NCBI GenBank assembly: GCA_004764695.1
Contig: SMSO01000033.1
Location: 1-64,000 of the forward strand
Origin: Schizochytrium sp. TIO01
Taxonomy: Eukaryota > Protista > Bigyra: Labyrinthulomycetes
DNA length: 64,000 nt
Direction: 5' to 3'
In this document: piece after piece, positions 48,089 to 61,701 of the stretch
How positions within the stretch are numbered: position 1 is the first letter of the stretch
How the letters are laid out: every line of letters starts with the position of its first letter
The notes under the pieces: generated by a model
Seen by the model: only the letters and a program-made list of their open reading frames with translations
What the model was told of the DNA's origin: nothing
Databases searched by the model: none
Program-made: the position numbers and the translations under genes

Positions 48089-51000
48089 GTAAACAATGCG
48101 ACATAGCACCAAACCTGCCTATCTGCCGTGACGCTCTAGATAGGGCAACTTTATATGATTGTGCTGGCAGTGATAAACGTTTGAACGAAATATGCAACGT
48201 GTTTGATATGTCAACCAAGTATGCCCTTCTTGCCAAGCATTCAAGTGTCATGAGTGCTATAAAGTAGCACCAACGATTCATGTAATGAATGTGGTATCTA
48301 GCGATCATTCTTAATTTCTTAGAAAAAATATCAATTAAAATTTTGATTTGAAAAATAAATTAATCTTAATGTTATCCTCAATTAAGCACAACTCCTTAAC
48401 GATCGTAATATTTAGTCAAACTTATTAAATCATTTACCCCAGTAAGAGTAACTTGATGTTACAAAGACATCCAAATATTCACACATGAAGGTACTATATT
48501 TTAAGAAGTACCAGTGTCTTCCCGCGTGTGGGTAAGGTTTGGTTTGCCGCAAGTATACGTCTTTGCACAAAATCCACAGTCATGAAATACCAATCCGAAT
48601 CTTTTAAAATCGGGAAAAGGACAAGCTTTACGCCAGGAAGAAATTGATCTCACGATGAGCAATTAGACGTAGTATTCCAAAAGCTATAGCCACATCGTGC
48701 ATTAGTCAGCACCTTCAGGCCACCTGTGCCCAACTTTTCAAATTACCCGTATCAAATTGTTTTCAAGCCTGTGCAGAGTTGGATATTTGCGAAACCTCTT
48801 TCAATGCATTCCACTATAAATTTTCCTTTTCGTAATCTGTCATGTTTTGGTGTCTGTCCTCGCTTCGTTCACCTCCTCAAATTCGTGTTCAGGCTCCTCG
48901 TTTGTATCTCTTTCAATCCTAATTTGGTCAAGGAAACATTCCAATACACTTAATTCTTCAGCATTTGGATCGACGGTTTTATTTCGAGAACGTTTTGAAC
49001 CTGCGCCGCGAGCTTGGCTATTAATTACCTTGGTCTTGATTATCTCTTCTACAGTCTTTCTCACTTTGAAGATATTTGGGCTTGGAGCTTTTACAGTTCA
49101 ACTCCTCCAATCCAACTCGCATGAGTGACTCGACATCTAGTTTTACTAGCAATATATTAAAAGACCAGATAGCGAACTTTTAGCTCAGTGAAATGTGAGA
49201 CAGCTAAATCACAGTGACCTAAGAGGAATAGAAAGCTTTTCTTAGACAGAAAATGAAATTCGAAATGAAATTCAACTTTTTAACTTTTCTCTCTAATCTC
49301 CACTGAGACTTTGAGTGGCTGTGTTACATAAAGGCAGAAGTAGTTTTATAAGTACTAAAAATAAAATTACCCATTTTTAATTAAAAATTCATGAGGTACG
49401 CATGACATGTGTCCCCACCACAGAATCCATACAATTTTTTTCCGGGTTTTGCTTGGCGAATAAATTACATAGCAACTTTTTGGATGCCGTGCATTGCCTG
49501 TTCTTTTTCCGTTCTTTTCCCCCTTCCCTGTACAAAAAACACCCCCCTGACGGGGATCTATGCAAAATTTACCTGAAGTCTTAAAATATAGTACCTTCAC
49601 GCGTGAAGACTGGTACCAAGACAACATCGAGCTATTGTTAACATCAGCTTAATTCGGAATGCTCTTTGACACACTACCAGGGTATGCAAAATTTAATTGA
49701 TGAAGAATCACACAATTACCGACGAAAACGAAGTGAAAAGCTAGTCACCTTGTTGCAGCTATAAGGTAAGGTATTTAAAACATTGAGGTTATCATCTGCG
49801 CACTTTTCTTAATGATTAATTGAGTCAAGTAGAACTAAGTCCATCTATTTTTTGTGTGTTTTCAAAGTAGTATTGAATGAGGTCTAAAAGACCACCTTGA
49901 TTTGTCTGAATCTCGATTTCTTGACACCGCACGCGTCGAAGGTAGTCCCGCAATAGTTTCGTATTTATACGACCATCTATCGAATATTGCAAAGCATCTC
50001 CCAACCTTTTGCTTTGCGGAAATAGAAACGTTCAAATATATATAGCACTCCTTGATTTCCTTCATACAGGCTTATAGCTCTGACTGATGATTGGGCATTT
50101 CACCCTCTCGATACACATTGAGGACATTCAATATCATATCCTTCAAACAAGCCATTGCCATGCTCCTGTAATGCTTACGACGACGCGCAGTAGAATTCTT
50201 AGTGTGCCAATATACTCACTGAAAGTTCGTTTAAGGCAGCACATGTACCTTGATTCGTTGAAGCCGAGTTAACGTTGATATCGATGTTCAACTGCGTCGA
50301 TTCAGTTGGGGAATTTCAAAGCGGTGACATAGATCTTGCCACGACTTATGAGTAGAGTATCCTTTTTCATGGAGATCCATGAATTTCTGAATTTCTTGAC
50401 TAAGTTCTTGCCACTTTGGTTGATCTCTAAATGGCACTTTGCAAAGTCTAGATAATCAATTTTCCATGAATCTAGCTCAAGCCACCGGCACTAGGGATGT
50501 CTTCAACTTATCAGGGATGATTAACTCTTAAAGCTTCGACTTAGCAATGTTTATCAGTTCTTGCATCCGCGTCGTTAGGTTTGTGTTCCAGGGCAAAAGC
50601 GTGCCGGATATTTGTACGAATATAAAGGTTGCGTAAAATTTAATCAAGGTTTATATGTGCAGCCAAAACGAAATAAGTGTACGAATATAAAGTAAAGGTT
50701 TTCTGTACTGCTTCGGAGGGTTTTCCCTATATCAAATTGATGAAGTTCCCATCTGTTCTGCCAGTGTAGTAGCAATTAAGCTTGCTTCGATGAGTGGGTC
50801 TAATTACCAGGTATTTTTAATCCCTATTCCCTCGAAGAATAAGTGGTAGTTTTGTTCAAGTCACCATGGTAGAGAAGGAATAATATGCCTTCTATTTATT
50901 AGAGTTAATCACCGCATAAAGGCCACTGGTGTTTGCTGTTTTGCTGTTATGCGTTTGGAGGAAGTGTATGAAGGAAGCTCTTGTTATGTTTTATAATAAA

Positions 51001-52144
51001 TGATGAAAATTATAAATCTCCAACCTTTGACGAGGTCTTCGTATTTGATGTTTCATCCAAAAATATGTACGATAGGTACTAGCGCGTAAATAAGCTTCCT
51101 TTGGGCTCATTAAGCAGGCTGGCATTGGGTCTTCGCCGCTTCCGTTCCTTTTATGAAGTGGAGACACTAGCCTATGTTTTTCTTTAAAATGAGCAGTGAA
51201 TTTCCAAGCTATCTAAACAAATCCTTGTTAGAATAATAAAAATGAAAGTCTTTTCTTTATAGTTGCTCTATTGTCGTAAAACCAATAACAACGCAATTTT
51301 TTTTGCCACCTAATATTCACGAATGTAAGGGCGGGATTAAAGAGACAACAGCGTTGTGCGTCAGCGCGTCGGTTTTGTCTTGTTGTCGCCTAGTCATGTC
51401 GCCAGTCATGTGGGGAACCTGCGGTGGTGGGATTCGAAAGCTCCGCTGCGGGATATCGCACGTGTGCCACACGCTTATAGATCCTCCAACCTTCCAAACA
51501 TGTGTACATTGTACCAAGAAAGTGCTACATCGCCTACTAAGTTGGCGTTTCAGCGTTGCTGCTATAAGCGTGCAGTGGGTACCCGCAGATACCTTCGTGG
51601 TCTCCGTACTAGAAAATTTGTGTCATGCTAAGGAAAAACAAAAAAGATAGATAGAAAGAAAGGTTGGCTGATGGATGGATGGATCATCATTGCGAACGAA
51701 GCCTCACGCGAGAAATCAATATGATAAATGGGATCTGGCAAGAAGGTGCTGCTGATTCATAACTTCAGGCTTCGTGTTACCGCCCTTCGAGTTGGCCTCA
51801 AGATTCAGCAACGGCACCTTTCTTGAACCAAACACACGCCGGCCGGAGATCACTTTTTTGACTTGGACTTGGCATTCAACGCTGCATGGCGGCGTGCATG
51901 TTCTCTGTCGTGATGATGCGAGTAAGCTCTGCTGCCTCCCGTCGCGGCCCTCGGTGGCCACAGAATCCTCTGCTTCTGCTGAACGGTGTTTCTCGCTTCG
52001 GAGTGGGACACCTCCAAGCCGAAGCTGCTCGCCTCGGAAGACGCCATGGTATGGAGGAGTAGATAAAACAAAACCAAGGAAGCTTGCTTCTGAAGAACTT
52101 CTCCGGACGTCGAGATTGCGCATTTAAACGGTCCATCATCAGCT

Positions 52145-52777
52145 TTGTATGTGGGCGGAAGTGGAAGCAGCGTCGAAAGTTGTGGGGCCAGCTTCGCAGA
52201 CGCCTGCAGCGCAGTAGGCGCAGGTAGACAGACCCTTAGGAGCTTTCATCGAGTTCTCGATGAAATCACAGCCACTGATTGGGGCCACTCAGGACCACAG
52301 ACAGATAACAAACAACCTTGGCCGGACCACCTTGAAAATCCTACGCAGAAATATGGACAAACTCTGCTGAAGCATCTGCGGAGTCTCAGTGGCATTGCTT
52401 TTATGCCTAAGAGCTGGCCAACACGATTGGATGGCTGGCTGTTCGCGCGGCGGCCAGAGAAGACAGCTGAGTTAGCGAACGAAGAAAGATTCCATGAGAA
52501 TGTGCTGATGACGGAGCGCTTGTTGGGGAAACCGCTGTTTGGCTGGGCGGAGAGACTTATCAGGTACTACCTATACCTGCAACCTTTGCTGTTTTCGGAA
52601 GGACCTGACACGCTCCGAAGCGAAGCAGCACTAGACTCGTCCACGTCAAATTCGACATATCGCATGGCATCTGCGAAAGAAACATGGTTTGCGGAGCTTG
52701 CAATGCAATGCGCGTACGATGATCCTTACTCAAGACTTGCGTGCGTTACAATGAACATGAAGACTTCGCTGCCCTAA
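52145..52777 (+). CDS. Hypothetical protein or gene remnant (210-codon ORF)
   Basis: Open frame with higher GC than its flanks; no early ATG and no motif I recognise. Confidence 0.25.
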   Translation: MYVGGSGSSVESCGASFADACSAVGAGRQTLRSFHRVLDEITATDWGHSGPQTDNKQPWPDHLENPTQKYGQTLLKHLRSLSGIAFMPKSWPTRLDGWLFARRPEKTAELANEERFHENVLMTERLLGKPLFGWAERLIRYYLYLQPLLFSEGPDTLRSEAALDSSTSNSTYRMASAKETWFAELAMQCAYDDPYSRLACVTMNMKTSLP

Positions 52778-54743
52778 CAATACTTCAGCGAGTTGAGCTC
52801 CGAGTTTTTCGAAATACTTTCGACGGCATCTCTACGCGTGGAATGTTGGTGGAGATAGTCCGATCGCGCTTTAACAGAAACAACGAACGCAATATTCTGT
52901 CATCGCGTTAAGCGCTTGAGGGTAGTTTAGGGTCCCTTCACCTTTCAGCCTGAGTAGGGAAGAAGGTATCGCGAAGCTACCGAGATATTTGGTGGATTAG
53001 TGTAGTGGGCTCCTTCTACCTCCTCGCAACTTTGGCAGCCCGTCACACCAGTCAACCTGTCGCCTTGGAGGGCTACGAACGACATCAACTTCAACATCGT
53101 CTCAATATGTTCAGGAGAAAGGAGTCATTGGTTGGTTTCGCTTGCTTTTAAAAGGTGGATAAGGGATCGTCCGAGTGAGGCGATATATGTCTTTTGCAGG
53201 TTACTTTATATGTAGAATTGTCGTGAAGGAGACTCGCTTTGACGCTGAATGATCTCGCGCCTCTTTCTACCTCCAAGTGCACACGTTCACACGATTAGTT
53301 GCAGTGACTTTACAGACTACTCCAAGGGCAACTTCCTCCCATTCATGAGAGCGATTTAGATCTCGGTGCTCTCTTGAAACAAAAAAGTCTCACCAGCCTA
53401 TGTTCGGTTGAGCTCTAGAAGTTTCTCAAGGCTGATAGCAAAGGGTTTACTCAAGACCCCGTGTTTTCTTCAAATTCCTGGATTTTGCAATGAAAGCCAA
53501 AGTGACTGATCGATTGACTAGCGACAAGCTGACTGTCAACCATTAGTTTCGTTCCCTTTGCCTGCAGACATGGCATAACATTCCGGGCAATGATAGGGGG
53601 TATTGCTGACTTCGTTCTTCAATGTTGACATCTGAAGATACCAAGTGCTGACTAATCATAAGGAAGAAGAAAGACGAAAACAACAAAAAAAGAATCGTTC
53701 ACCAAAACACCAAGTTCTACTACTACTTATATTCTACCAAAGATTAGTTAGACGCTGCTCCGATCCTCATAGAATGCGATGGATCCAGTACGCTGCATGA
53801 GAAGTATTTGCTCTGCAGATGTTGAAGTATCCACAAGCAGAGTGAACAATCTCGATTGATGATATACCCTCCACGCTCCTCAGAATTTAAAAACAAAAAG
53901 AGAAAAAAAGAGAAAAAAAGTCAGGCAACCAAACAGACAGACAGAACTAAGAACCACCAACACAAGTTGAAAATCCCAGAACTCGCGATCGCAACTTTGT
54001 GCATGGGAAACCAGGAATATTTAGTGTCTATGAAGCCAGAGTTGGGCAAACTACAGAGGACTTTCTACTCTCAGTTGCAGACTCACAGCCACCTTTTTGG
54101 GCCAAGGAAGCGGCGTAGTTAAACATCTGCCCAGGATTTGAGTTGACAGGTAATGGCGCCACCTTCCAAATGGCTTTACTTCAAGCTTTGTCGAGACTAA
54201 TGTAAGCATCGCAGTAGTAATAGTTCTTGGCCACTCCCTCCCAAGAATTGTATGCCTTGTTCTAAGAAGTTTGCAGGCAACCTTCGCAGGCTGGTGTCTA
54301 TGTAAGCTTGCAACGATCAATACTTCAAATGTTGAAAAAAATCTACGATTAATGACGCGCCTTGAACTTGGGAAAAGAAACAAAATAAAACAAATTCAAA
54401 TAATCTATTTTGAACATGTTAAAAGTGGACTTGGAAGACGAGATTAAAATTCAGCCTCTTCATGCGGTTGCGTGCCATGCAAAGTGGCAGTTTAAAAAAA
54501 TTATAGTATACCTACTGAAGTAACCCACCCTATGTTTCAAAACGCTGAAAACAAACAGGAGAATGAGTTTACTTCAAGGGGCTACAGCATAGAGGCTGAA
54601 GCAACTACTAAGGCAACTTAAATATAGTACCGCTGTATGCCTCACTGGCCTCGGAAGAGTTTAAGAAAGTACAAACCATTTAGAAGCAAATCCCAAACTC
54701 AGGCGAGGGTCCTCTTCAAAAATACAAAGTCGTGAGCGCCAAT

Positions 54744-56441
54744 ATGGCTCGAACTACAGACAACGCATTCGAAGATGTGCGTCGTACGAGTGAGATCATT
54801 GCTGCCAACCCCGCGGCTGTTGAAGATGTGAAGCTCGGCGAGGAAAACAAAGAAGTTGACCACCTCGAAATCCAGCCCGACGGCGCTCTCCGCAAGGGTG
54901 GTACCCCGAACCCTTTTAGTTTGCGTAACATTGGCCTTCTGATGCAATATGTAGCGATTGGTGTAATTTATGCCAGTCTCTACGCAGTTGTCTATCCAGC
55001 GTTTACCGTGTACCTTCGTATGGAGGGTTACATCACTGCATCAATCTACATTCTGATTGTTCTTCCATACACTTTAAAGGCTTTCATTGGTATTATTACC
55101 GATTGCTACCCTATTTTTGGATACCGTCGCCGCCCATACATGGTCATGGGATGGACGATTTGCTTTGTGTGCTGTCTTGTAATGGCCTGTATTGATATTG
55201 GCCCTCCGTATTACCCTGATCCGAGCTGGGCAAGTATCGGTGACGATGCTCTTACTGATGATCAAAAAGCACAATTGAATACGGATGCTGCGTCCGAAAG
55301 TACTCGATATGTTCTACTCATGATTCTTGCTAACCTCGGCTCCGTGATTGCATTCACAGCATCCGACGGAATCTTGGTAGAGTTGAGTCAGAAAGAGTCT
55401 GAAGATGTCCGTGGTTCCACCCAAACTATGGTCTATGTGGTTCAAGATCTTTTTAAAATCATCGGCACTGCAATTGTCGGCTTTGGACTTAACAGTGCAG
55501 ACTATGGTGGCGATTTTGACCGCTCCATTGGCCTCCAGGGTGTGATGGGCATCAACGCCTTTTTTGCATTTATGGCTATTCCAGCTTCATGGTTTCTCAT
55601 CACTGAAGAAAAGTCAGAGCCGCAGGAATTCAAGAAGTACGCAACTCAATTCTTCGAGCTCCTCAAGCACCGCGCTGTGTACCAACTGCTGGCGTTCCGC
55701 TTCTTCTACAACTTGTTCGCCTGGGTTTACGCCACATCGTCGTCACCAGTACAATCATCGTGGGCCGAAGTGGAGCCTATGACTTCTTCGGTTACAACGA
55801 TTCTTGGTAACTTTATCTCAGCAGCAGCTTTGTATTCGATCAAGCGCTGGGGTCTTAACTGGGATTGGTGGTGGATGCTCATCATTTGCCAAGTCACTGT
55901 CGTTCTCATCGACTGCATTCCTACATATCTTACCATTTGGGATGTCTTCCGCAATCAGTGGTTCTGGCTTGGTGTCCCCCTCGTTGCTGATATTCCGGAT
56001 GCAATTGGATACATTGTTACTACTTATGCCGCTCTTGAAATCATTGAGGTCGGTGCCGAAAGTGCCACCTACGGTCTCATCACTTCCGTCAGTACATTGG
56101 CATCTCCGTTCGCTACTGTTGTCACCAAGGCAATTGGCAATGGTTTCACAGTCGATTACACTACCATTCAGTCTGACACAACCTTTGCTCGCCGCCAAGT
56201 CAGCTTCCAGTACTTGGTATGCTACTGCATGAATCTTCTTGCCCTCATGTTTCTTCCGCTTCTCCCGCGTCAGAAGGCGGCCATGCAAGCACTTAAAGCC
56301 AAGGGTGGAAAATCCACGGGCATGGCTTGGTTCATTACTATTGCCGCACTCTTGCTCTTTATTTGGTGTGTTATGGTCAACCTCTTCTCGATTTTTGACT
56401 CGACTAGCTGTCTTAAGCTTGCTGGCGGATCTGGTTGCTAA
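54744..56441 (+). CDS. Folate-biopterin transporter (BT1/FBT family, MFS fold)
   Basis: About 12 hydrophobic segments and the signature PYTLKAFIGIITDCYPIFGYRRRPY; first ATG at 54744 (MARTTDN). Confidence 0.88.
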   Translation: MARTTDNAFEDVRRTSEIIAANPAAVEDVKLGEENKEVDHLEIQPDGALRKGGTPNPFSLRNIGLLMQYVAIGVIYASLYAVVYPAFTVYLRMEGYITASIYILIVLPYTLKAFIGIITDCYPIFGYRRRPYMVMGWTICFVCCLVMACIDIGPPYYPDPSWASIGDDALTDDQKAQLNTDAASESTRYVLLMILANLGSVIAFTASDGILVELSQKESEDVRGSTQTMVYVVQDLFKIIGTAIVGFGLNSADYGGDFDRSIGLQGVMGINAFFAFMAIPASWFLITEEKSEPQEFKKYATQFFELLKHRAVYQLLAFRFFYNLFAWVYATSSSPVQSSWAEVEPMTSSVTTILGNFISAAALYSIKRWGLNWDWWWMLIICQVTVVLIDCIPTYLTIWDVFRNQWFWLGVPLVADIPDAIGYIVTTYAALEIIEVGAESATYGLITSVSTLASPFATVVTKAIGNGFTVDYTTIQSDTTFARRQVSFQYLVCYCMNLLALMFLPLLPRQKAAMQALKAKGGKSTGMAWFITIAALLLFIWCVMVNLFSIFDSTSCLKLAGGSGC

Positions 56442-58479
56442 ATAGGAAAAGGCCTTCTATTCTACCCAAATCTAATCTCTGTGTTTCTCTCGTTGTTGAC
56501 GTGCTGCAATAGCATTGGTTCCTACTTGGAACTTCTCAGGTGCTATCGAAATTGTTGCCTGGTGGTCCTGATCTGCATAGAAGATGTTGTGTTTCACCAA
56601 CTATTTAATTTCTTCCAATACTGATCGTCTTTTCAGATTTTTCACTTTCTTTATAGTGTGGTTCTACGCCATTGGCTTTAGACTTCAAAATCTCTAGCAA
56701 CAGTCCATTCATCTCAGACCGTAGCTTTGGCTGTACTCAAGACGGAACAATTAGAAAATATCCATTCAAGCACTGTTGTTTCATTGTGAACAGTGGCTTA
56801 CAAATGCATCATTTCTAAAATGTGTAGATCGATAATTTCCAAAGTTAATTGCCCTTTTTTCTTCCTTCCCCTTTTTTCTATTGAGTCAGCAGATGTTGCT
56901 AAGGTATTCGTTGTCGTTTTCAAGGGCTCGATTCTATAAGTTAAGAGCTAACTATTGATCACGAGAAGTATATAATATCAAGTTTGTGAACAAACCTATC
57001 GCCTTACATTTACATGAGTAGATATGTGGCATGTTGTCTACTATCTTCAAATACTATCTCCTAGTACTTGAAAAAAAAAACTTAAGTTAGTTATGTTCCA
57101 ACAAATGCTCATCGTGCCTGGCTTCGGGGGCTAGGCCTTTAGGAGGAGGGCATATTTTAAGGAACTTCACATTGAAAAAGGACTATAGACTGTAGTAGTA
57201 AGTTACATATTACCAAATTGGTTCTGTGTGATTACGTATGATGAAATATAGGTCCTAAATGACCCAAAATTGAATGTCAAGGTTAAAACCAACAAACACT
57301 CAGTAAGCTGATGGACAAAGTTTGCACTCGTGCGAATGACCTAGATATCTGTTAGTGTCTTATTATCATTGTTGTAGATAACGAAGTAGCGGACCTACCG
57401 ATGCTGGTATTCGATTCAAAACCTAGTACATTATTATGGAGTCTCCCATTTGTGATCAACTAGTGTTTTGTTGAGCCTAATGGGAGAAAAAAACATAATA
57501 ATAGGCTGTTGATCATCTAAAATGATCAGTCAATCAATTGGTGTCTTGAGAATTTACTGGCACAGGACTTATGTGACGAATTAACGTCATCCTCAATAAT
57601 CATTGGATAGAAAATTTAGCGTTTTTTATTGCCTTGGGAGAGTTTGCACTCTGTAGAGCGCATGGGGGGGAATCTTTTTGCATTGTGAACGACTACTTGC
57701 GTTCTGTTTAACCTCTGTACTCATGTAAGATACATTTGGTTTATGTAGATGATAATCACATGGTAGAAATGCTGCACATAATTTGTGAAGTATGAAATAA
57801 GGTTTATCTAGACTCTGCAATCTTCACGCGCAAATACAACGCAGATTTCTTTAATCTTTAATGTCACGAGCATAGTGCAAGAGAAATTCTGTCACTACCA
57901 GTACATGTAGAACATCATGCGGCCGTCCCTCGAAAAAAAAAAAAATGATTCGTTTCCCCTTGTATTTTACGTAATGCCATAGACAACTAGTTTGTCGTAT
58001 GGGAGCAAATTTAAAAACAGCACAATCACAATTACTTGCAGAACCGCATTCTCCTTCAAATTCTCAAAATTGAACAAGACTGGTTTTCTTCATTCAGAGC
58101 CGTCTTCTAACTTCAAACGATATACCGCTGCTGCACAATAGTAGAAGGGTGAAGAACAACAGAGACAAGAAAATGGCGTATGTTGAAACAACAGCAAGGT
58201 GGGAAAACAGTATCTCTACTAGTATAAAGAGCAATTACACAATAAATCATACAGGCCTAAGAAAAGTAAGAGAGGGTATGTGACTAATGAGAAGGGTAAA
58301 GGCAAAGGTAAATGCCGATGCAGAAAGCAATGCAAGGGACAGGTAGTCTGTTGTTTGCTTAAGTACAATTCATTCCGAGAGAGGCAACGGGTAGGGAATA
58401 GTGAACCTTTCTATACTCTTCCTTCCTTTGGGACCAGCGGGTTCTGTCATATTTTCTATCCTTTCCATGAGTTTTCGCT

Positions 58480-60408
58480 CTAAGAAGAGGTGAGCTTAGA
58501 TTCCCTTGCGCGCAAAAGAGCCCGCCTTGCAATCCCCTGCAACGTAGTGTTGGAGATTACTTCCCGGCCGAGAAACACTTGTAAGGAATCCTTTGTCATC
58601 GATACGCGCAAGGTATTTTCTACGGAATCATCAGCCCATAAAATATCGGCTGACTGATTATCGGGTGCCCAGCGAATGCGACAAGTTGGTTCCATAATAA
58701 GCATCGAGGATTCCAGGGTGGTGGCAACCTCATATACTGCTAAACTTGCCACAAGAGCGCACAGCTTGTCTTCGCTGCCGGGAGTAGCGAGCTGATGTTC
58801 CCCTGCCTGTTGCACTTCGGCAAGGTGTCCAAGCGAGCCATTATGTTTTGCGACGCTAACGAGAGTGAGCTCCCCAGCTGCTAAGTGACAGCGCACGAGA
58901 ACACGAGGCCCGATCCAGACTTCGAGAAAGGCGCAGTCACCATCATGTGCCCAGGCGTGGCGGATGTGAACAAGCTTTCGAGGGCGGGCAGGCTCAGGGT
59001 TTGCACATACCGCCTCCGAGAGCTTATTTAATGCTTCTGAGATGCGCACGCGTGCGTCCATTTGCCTATATTTTTTCACAAGGGCGGTGGTAAGCAGTGG
59101 GCTGTTCTCCAGCTGTTGTGTATGTATCCGGCGTTGGTGCTGCTCTGCAATGATGGCAGCAGTGCGGCAATAGTCCTCCAGCAAGTGATCCCTTACAGCA
59201 TGCTTTGGCAATGCGCTTTCGTCCACACAGCTCTGGAGCGTGATGCGTAAGTGGCGCTCCTCATCCAGCGCTACAGTGACACTCCGTAGGAGATTCTCTA
59301 CAACGACCACTTTTGTCCGATAGCTTGGAGTGCCATCAGGGCGATCCTTGACTTCAGCGTAACTTGACAGTTCACCCCCACGCACTGCTTCAGCAGAAAG
59401 AACCTGAAATAGCTCAATGGAAAATTCATTAGCCTGCAAACCCTCCAGCTGGGATTCTACATCCGTAGCTGACGGGTTCTGCTGTGCCTGGGCCTGTGAA
59501 GGTCCTAGGAAGGCCGAGGCCAGCGAACGTCCGGTTTCGGCGTCGAGCACTTCGAAGCAAAGCCGGCGGAATGTGCTTGGGTCTACGTCCAGTCGCAGGG
59601 CCTCTTGTTCCTGTCCCGATTCAAGTCCGTGCACCTTTTCCTCATTCACCACAAGACGAGCTGCATTTCGTGTTTGCCTGAGAAGAGTCGCTTTGCCACG
59701 AGATCCAGCAGAATAGAATCCACAGTCCACCGCGAGAGGTTCTTGTGCCCTCAACGTGGATGCAACGTTTCCGTGAGCAATAGCGTGCATGCGCCACCTC
59801 GCCTGTAGGTTCTGCACAAACATCAAGTACGCTCGTTGCACACGTTGAGACCCTTGCAGCATCTTCTTCCCCGAACCTAAAATCTTGAGCACGCTCCGTA
59901 GGCCCACCTTTTTCATCTCAAACGCCATCAAACTGTCCTCTAAAGTAGGCAGTGCCGACCTCTCATCTGCCTGTAAGGACTCCAATTTGAACAGAGATTT
60001 CTCGCACAGGAGGTTCGTCAGCTCATTCAGCTGCTGCAGTTCGTAGCACGCATATCCAAGTTGCTTGTGCACCTCCATGAACGGGTATGCTGCCTGCTGC
60101 GCATCCTGATCTGCATCCTGTGTCTGTAAGCTCTGCATTTCGAGATCTTGGCTCTGCTGCGAGAAACCTTTTTCAAGGCTTGCTGTTTCCTCATCTTTGC
60201 TTGCCTCTGCGTCTTCGTTGTCCACGTCCATGGCGGTGCTGGTTTCAAGGCGGCGCCGCTTAACCTGACTCCGTTTGTGAAGCTCCAGTCGCTTCACTGC
60301 GGCAGCAAAGGCATCCGCAGCAGAAGGTGCGGGAAGAAGCCTCTCCGTTCCATCGGCGCCTACCTCAAGCACCTCTTCTGTGCTGGGCACCAAATCTATG
60401 CGCACCAT
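58480..60408 (-). CDS. MED17: Probable Mediator complex subunit 17
   Basis: Long intact ORF (first ATG 60408); the helical N-terminal pattern (QLGYACYELQQLNEL; KKVGL...L..G...L; LQARWRM; DCGFYSAGS) resembles Med17/Srb4. Recognised by eye only. Confidence 0.65.
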   Translation of the reverse strand: MVRIDLVPSTEEVLEVGADGTERLLPAPSAADAFAAAVKRLELHKRSQVKRRRLETSTAMDVDNEDAEASKDEETASLEKGFSQQSQDLEMQSLQTQDADQDAQQAAYPFMEVHKQLGYACYELQQLNELTNLLCEKSLFKLESLQADERSALPTLEDSLMAFEMKKVGLRSVLKILGSGKKMLQGSQRVQRAYLMFVQNLQARWRMHAIAHGNVASTLRAQEPLAVDCGFYSAGSRGKATLLRQTRNAARLVVNEEKVHGLESGQEQEALRLDVDPSTFRRLCFEVLDAETGRSLASAFLGPSQAQAQQNPSATDVESQLEGLQANEFSIELFQVLSAEAVRGGELSSYAEVKDRPDGTPSYRTKVVVVENLLRSVTVALDEERHLRITLQSCVDESALPKHAVRDHLLEDYCRTAAIIAEQHQRRIHTQQLENSPLLTTALVKKYRQMDARVRISEALNKLSEAVCANPEPARPRKLVHIRHAWAHDGDCAFLEVWIGPRVLVRCHLAAGELTLVSVAKHNGSLGHLAEVQQAGEHQLATPGSEDKLCALVASLAVYEVATTLESSMLIMEPTCRIRWAPDNQSADILWADDSVENTLRVSMTKDSLQVFLGREVISNTTLQGIARRALLRARESKLTSS

Positions 60409-61701
60409 GATCGAATCGACCCTTGCCTCGAGATTCGCAAAAGCTGTCCGATTCAACCCCTGCTGAGCTTGCTTGCTTGCTTGCTTGCTCGTTTCCTCGT
60501 TTACTCAAACACGCACACAAGCAAGCACGCAAGCACGGCTCAAGCGCCGCCGCCGCCGCCGCCTGTCTAGGAGTTTGCGTTGGACTTTGAACGAGAGTAA
60601 GGATCGATTCAAACATGAATGAATGAAAATGAATGATCGCATGTTCTACTAACAATACAGAAAACCTGCTAAGAGCACTACCGATACTACTATTATCTCT
60701 ACTACTAGTATTCTTTTCTCTTAGACAAGCAGTTGTAAGAGTAGTGACTAGGTAGTTATAGTAGGTGTACTACTACTTTGAAACGTTCCTGCTTTGAATA
60801 TTCCTTCTTTGGACATAGCAGCAGGCAGAGCCTAAATCTTCTTGCTTGGGCGAAACTTCAAGCCAATACAATCACTCATTATCTCTGACCTGTGAGAGTG
60901 TCTACATACTGGGACTAGACCGATTGTACTATGGGCAGGGATATTATTCAAGTCCAATGGCGGTATGAAACCTTATCAATGGTGAATTGAGACTTGGGTT
61001 ACGATGATGGAGAGACCTGAAGATAGGTAGCTCAGTTGATTACACATTCAAGTAAGGACCTGGCTTTGCAGACTTGATCTCGGACCCGAATGAGTCTTAG
61101 AGCATCAATAACTGCGAATGCAAAGTTGAGAAAGCCAGCTTCCTGAAATTTGGGATTTTGACTTAGCGGAGACTACAGATGCCGTCAAAACATCAAACTA
61201 GCCGCCAGAGAGAGCGAAACTTACAAGACTTGGGCCCACAATGAGACTAAGTGCGTTTATCCAAGGGTGTACAAGTTGGTCATCCCCCGGTGATAACATA
61301 AAAGAAAAATTCAAACACATAATTCTCTGACAATGGATTGGGCAAACCTTTGACGCATAAACTCACAACAGAACCCGGCTTTCCAATTATCTTATAAATC
61401 TCTTCTTGCATACTTTACTATACCTTTTATTATTATTAAAAAAGCTAATAACAAATTTTCTCGTCTTTACTTGCCTGCCCTGCCCTCCTGTGCATGTATC
61501 AGATTACTTGCTTCACAAAACTCCAAGAGGAAGTGCATGCCTTTTCAAGCCCATATTTGCAGACCAGGAGTCAAGCTGCCCAACGTTAGCCGTGTGAAGA
61601 TTAACTGACACACTAAAACCACGCAACTAACGCACTGTGGCGCAGGAATCTCCTCCTTCTCCTCCATTTGGCAATTGGACGGATGCAACACGAGACGATA
61701 T

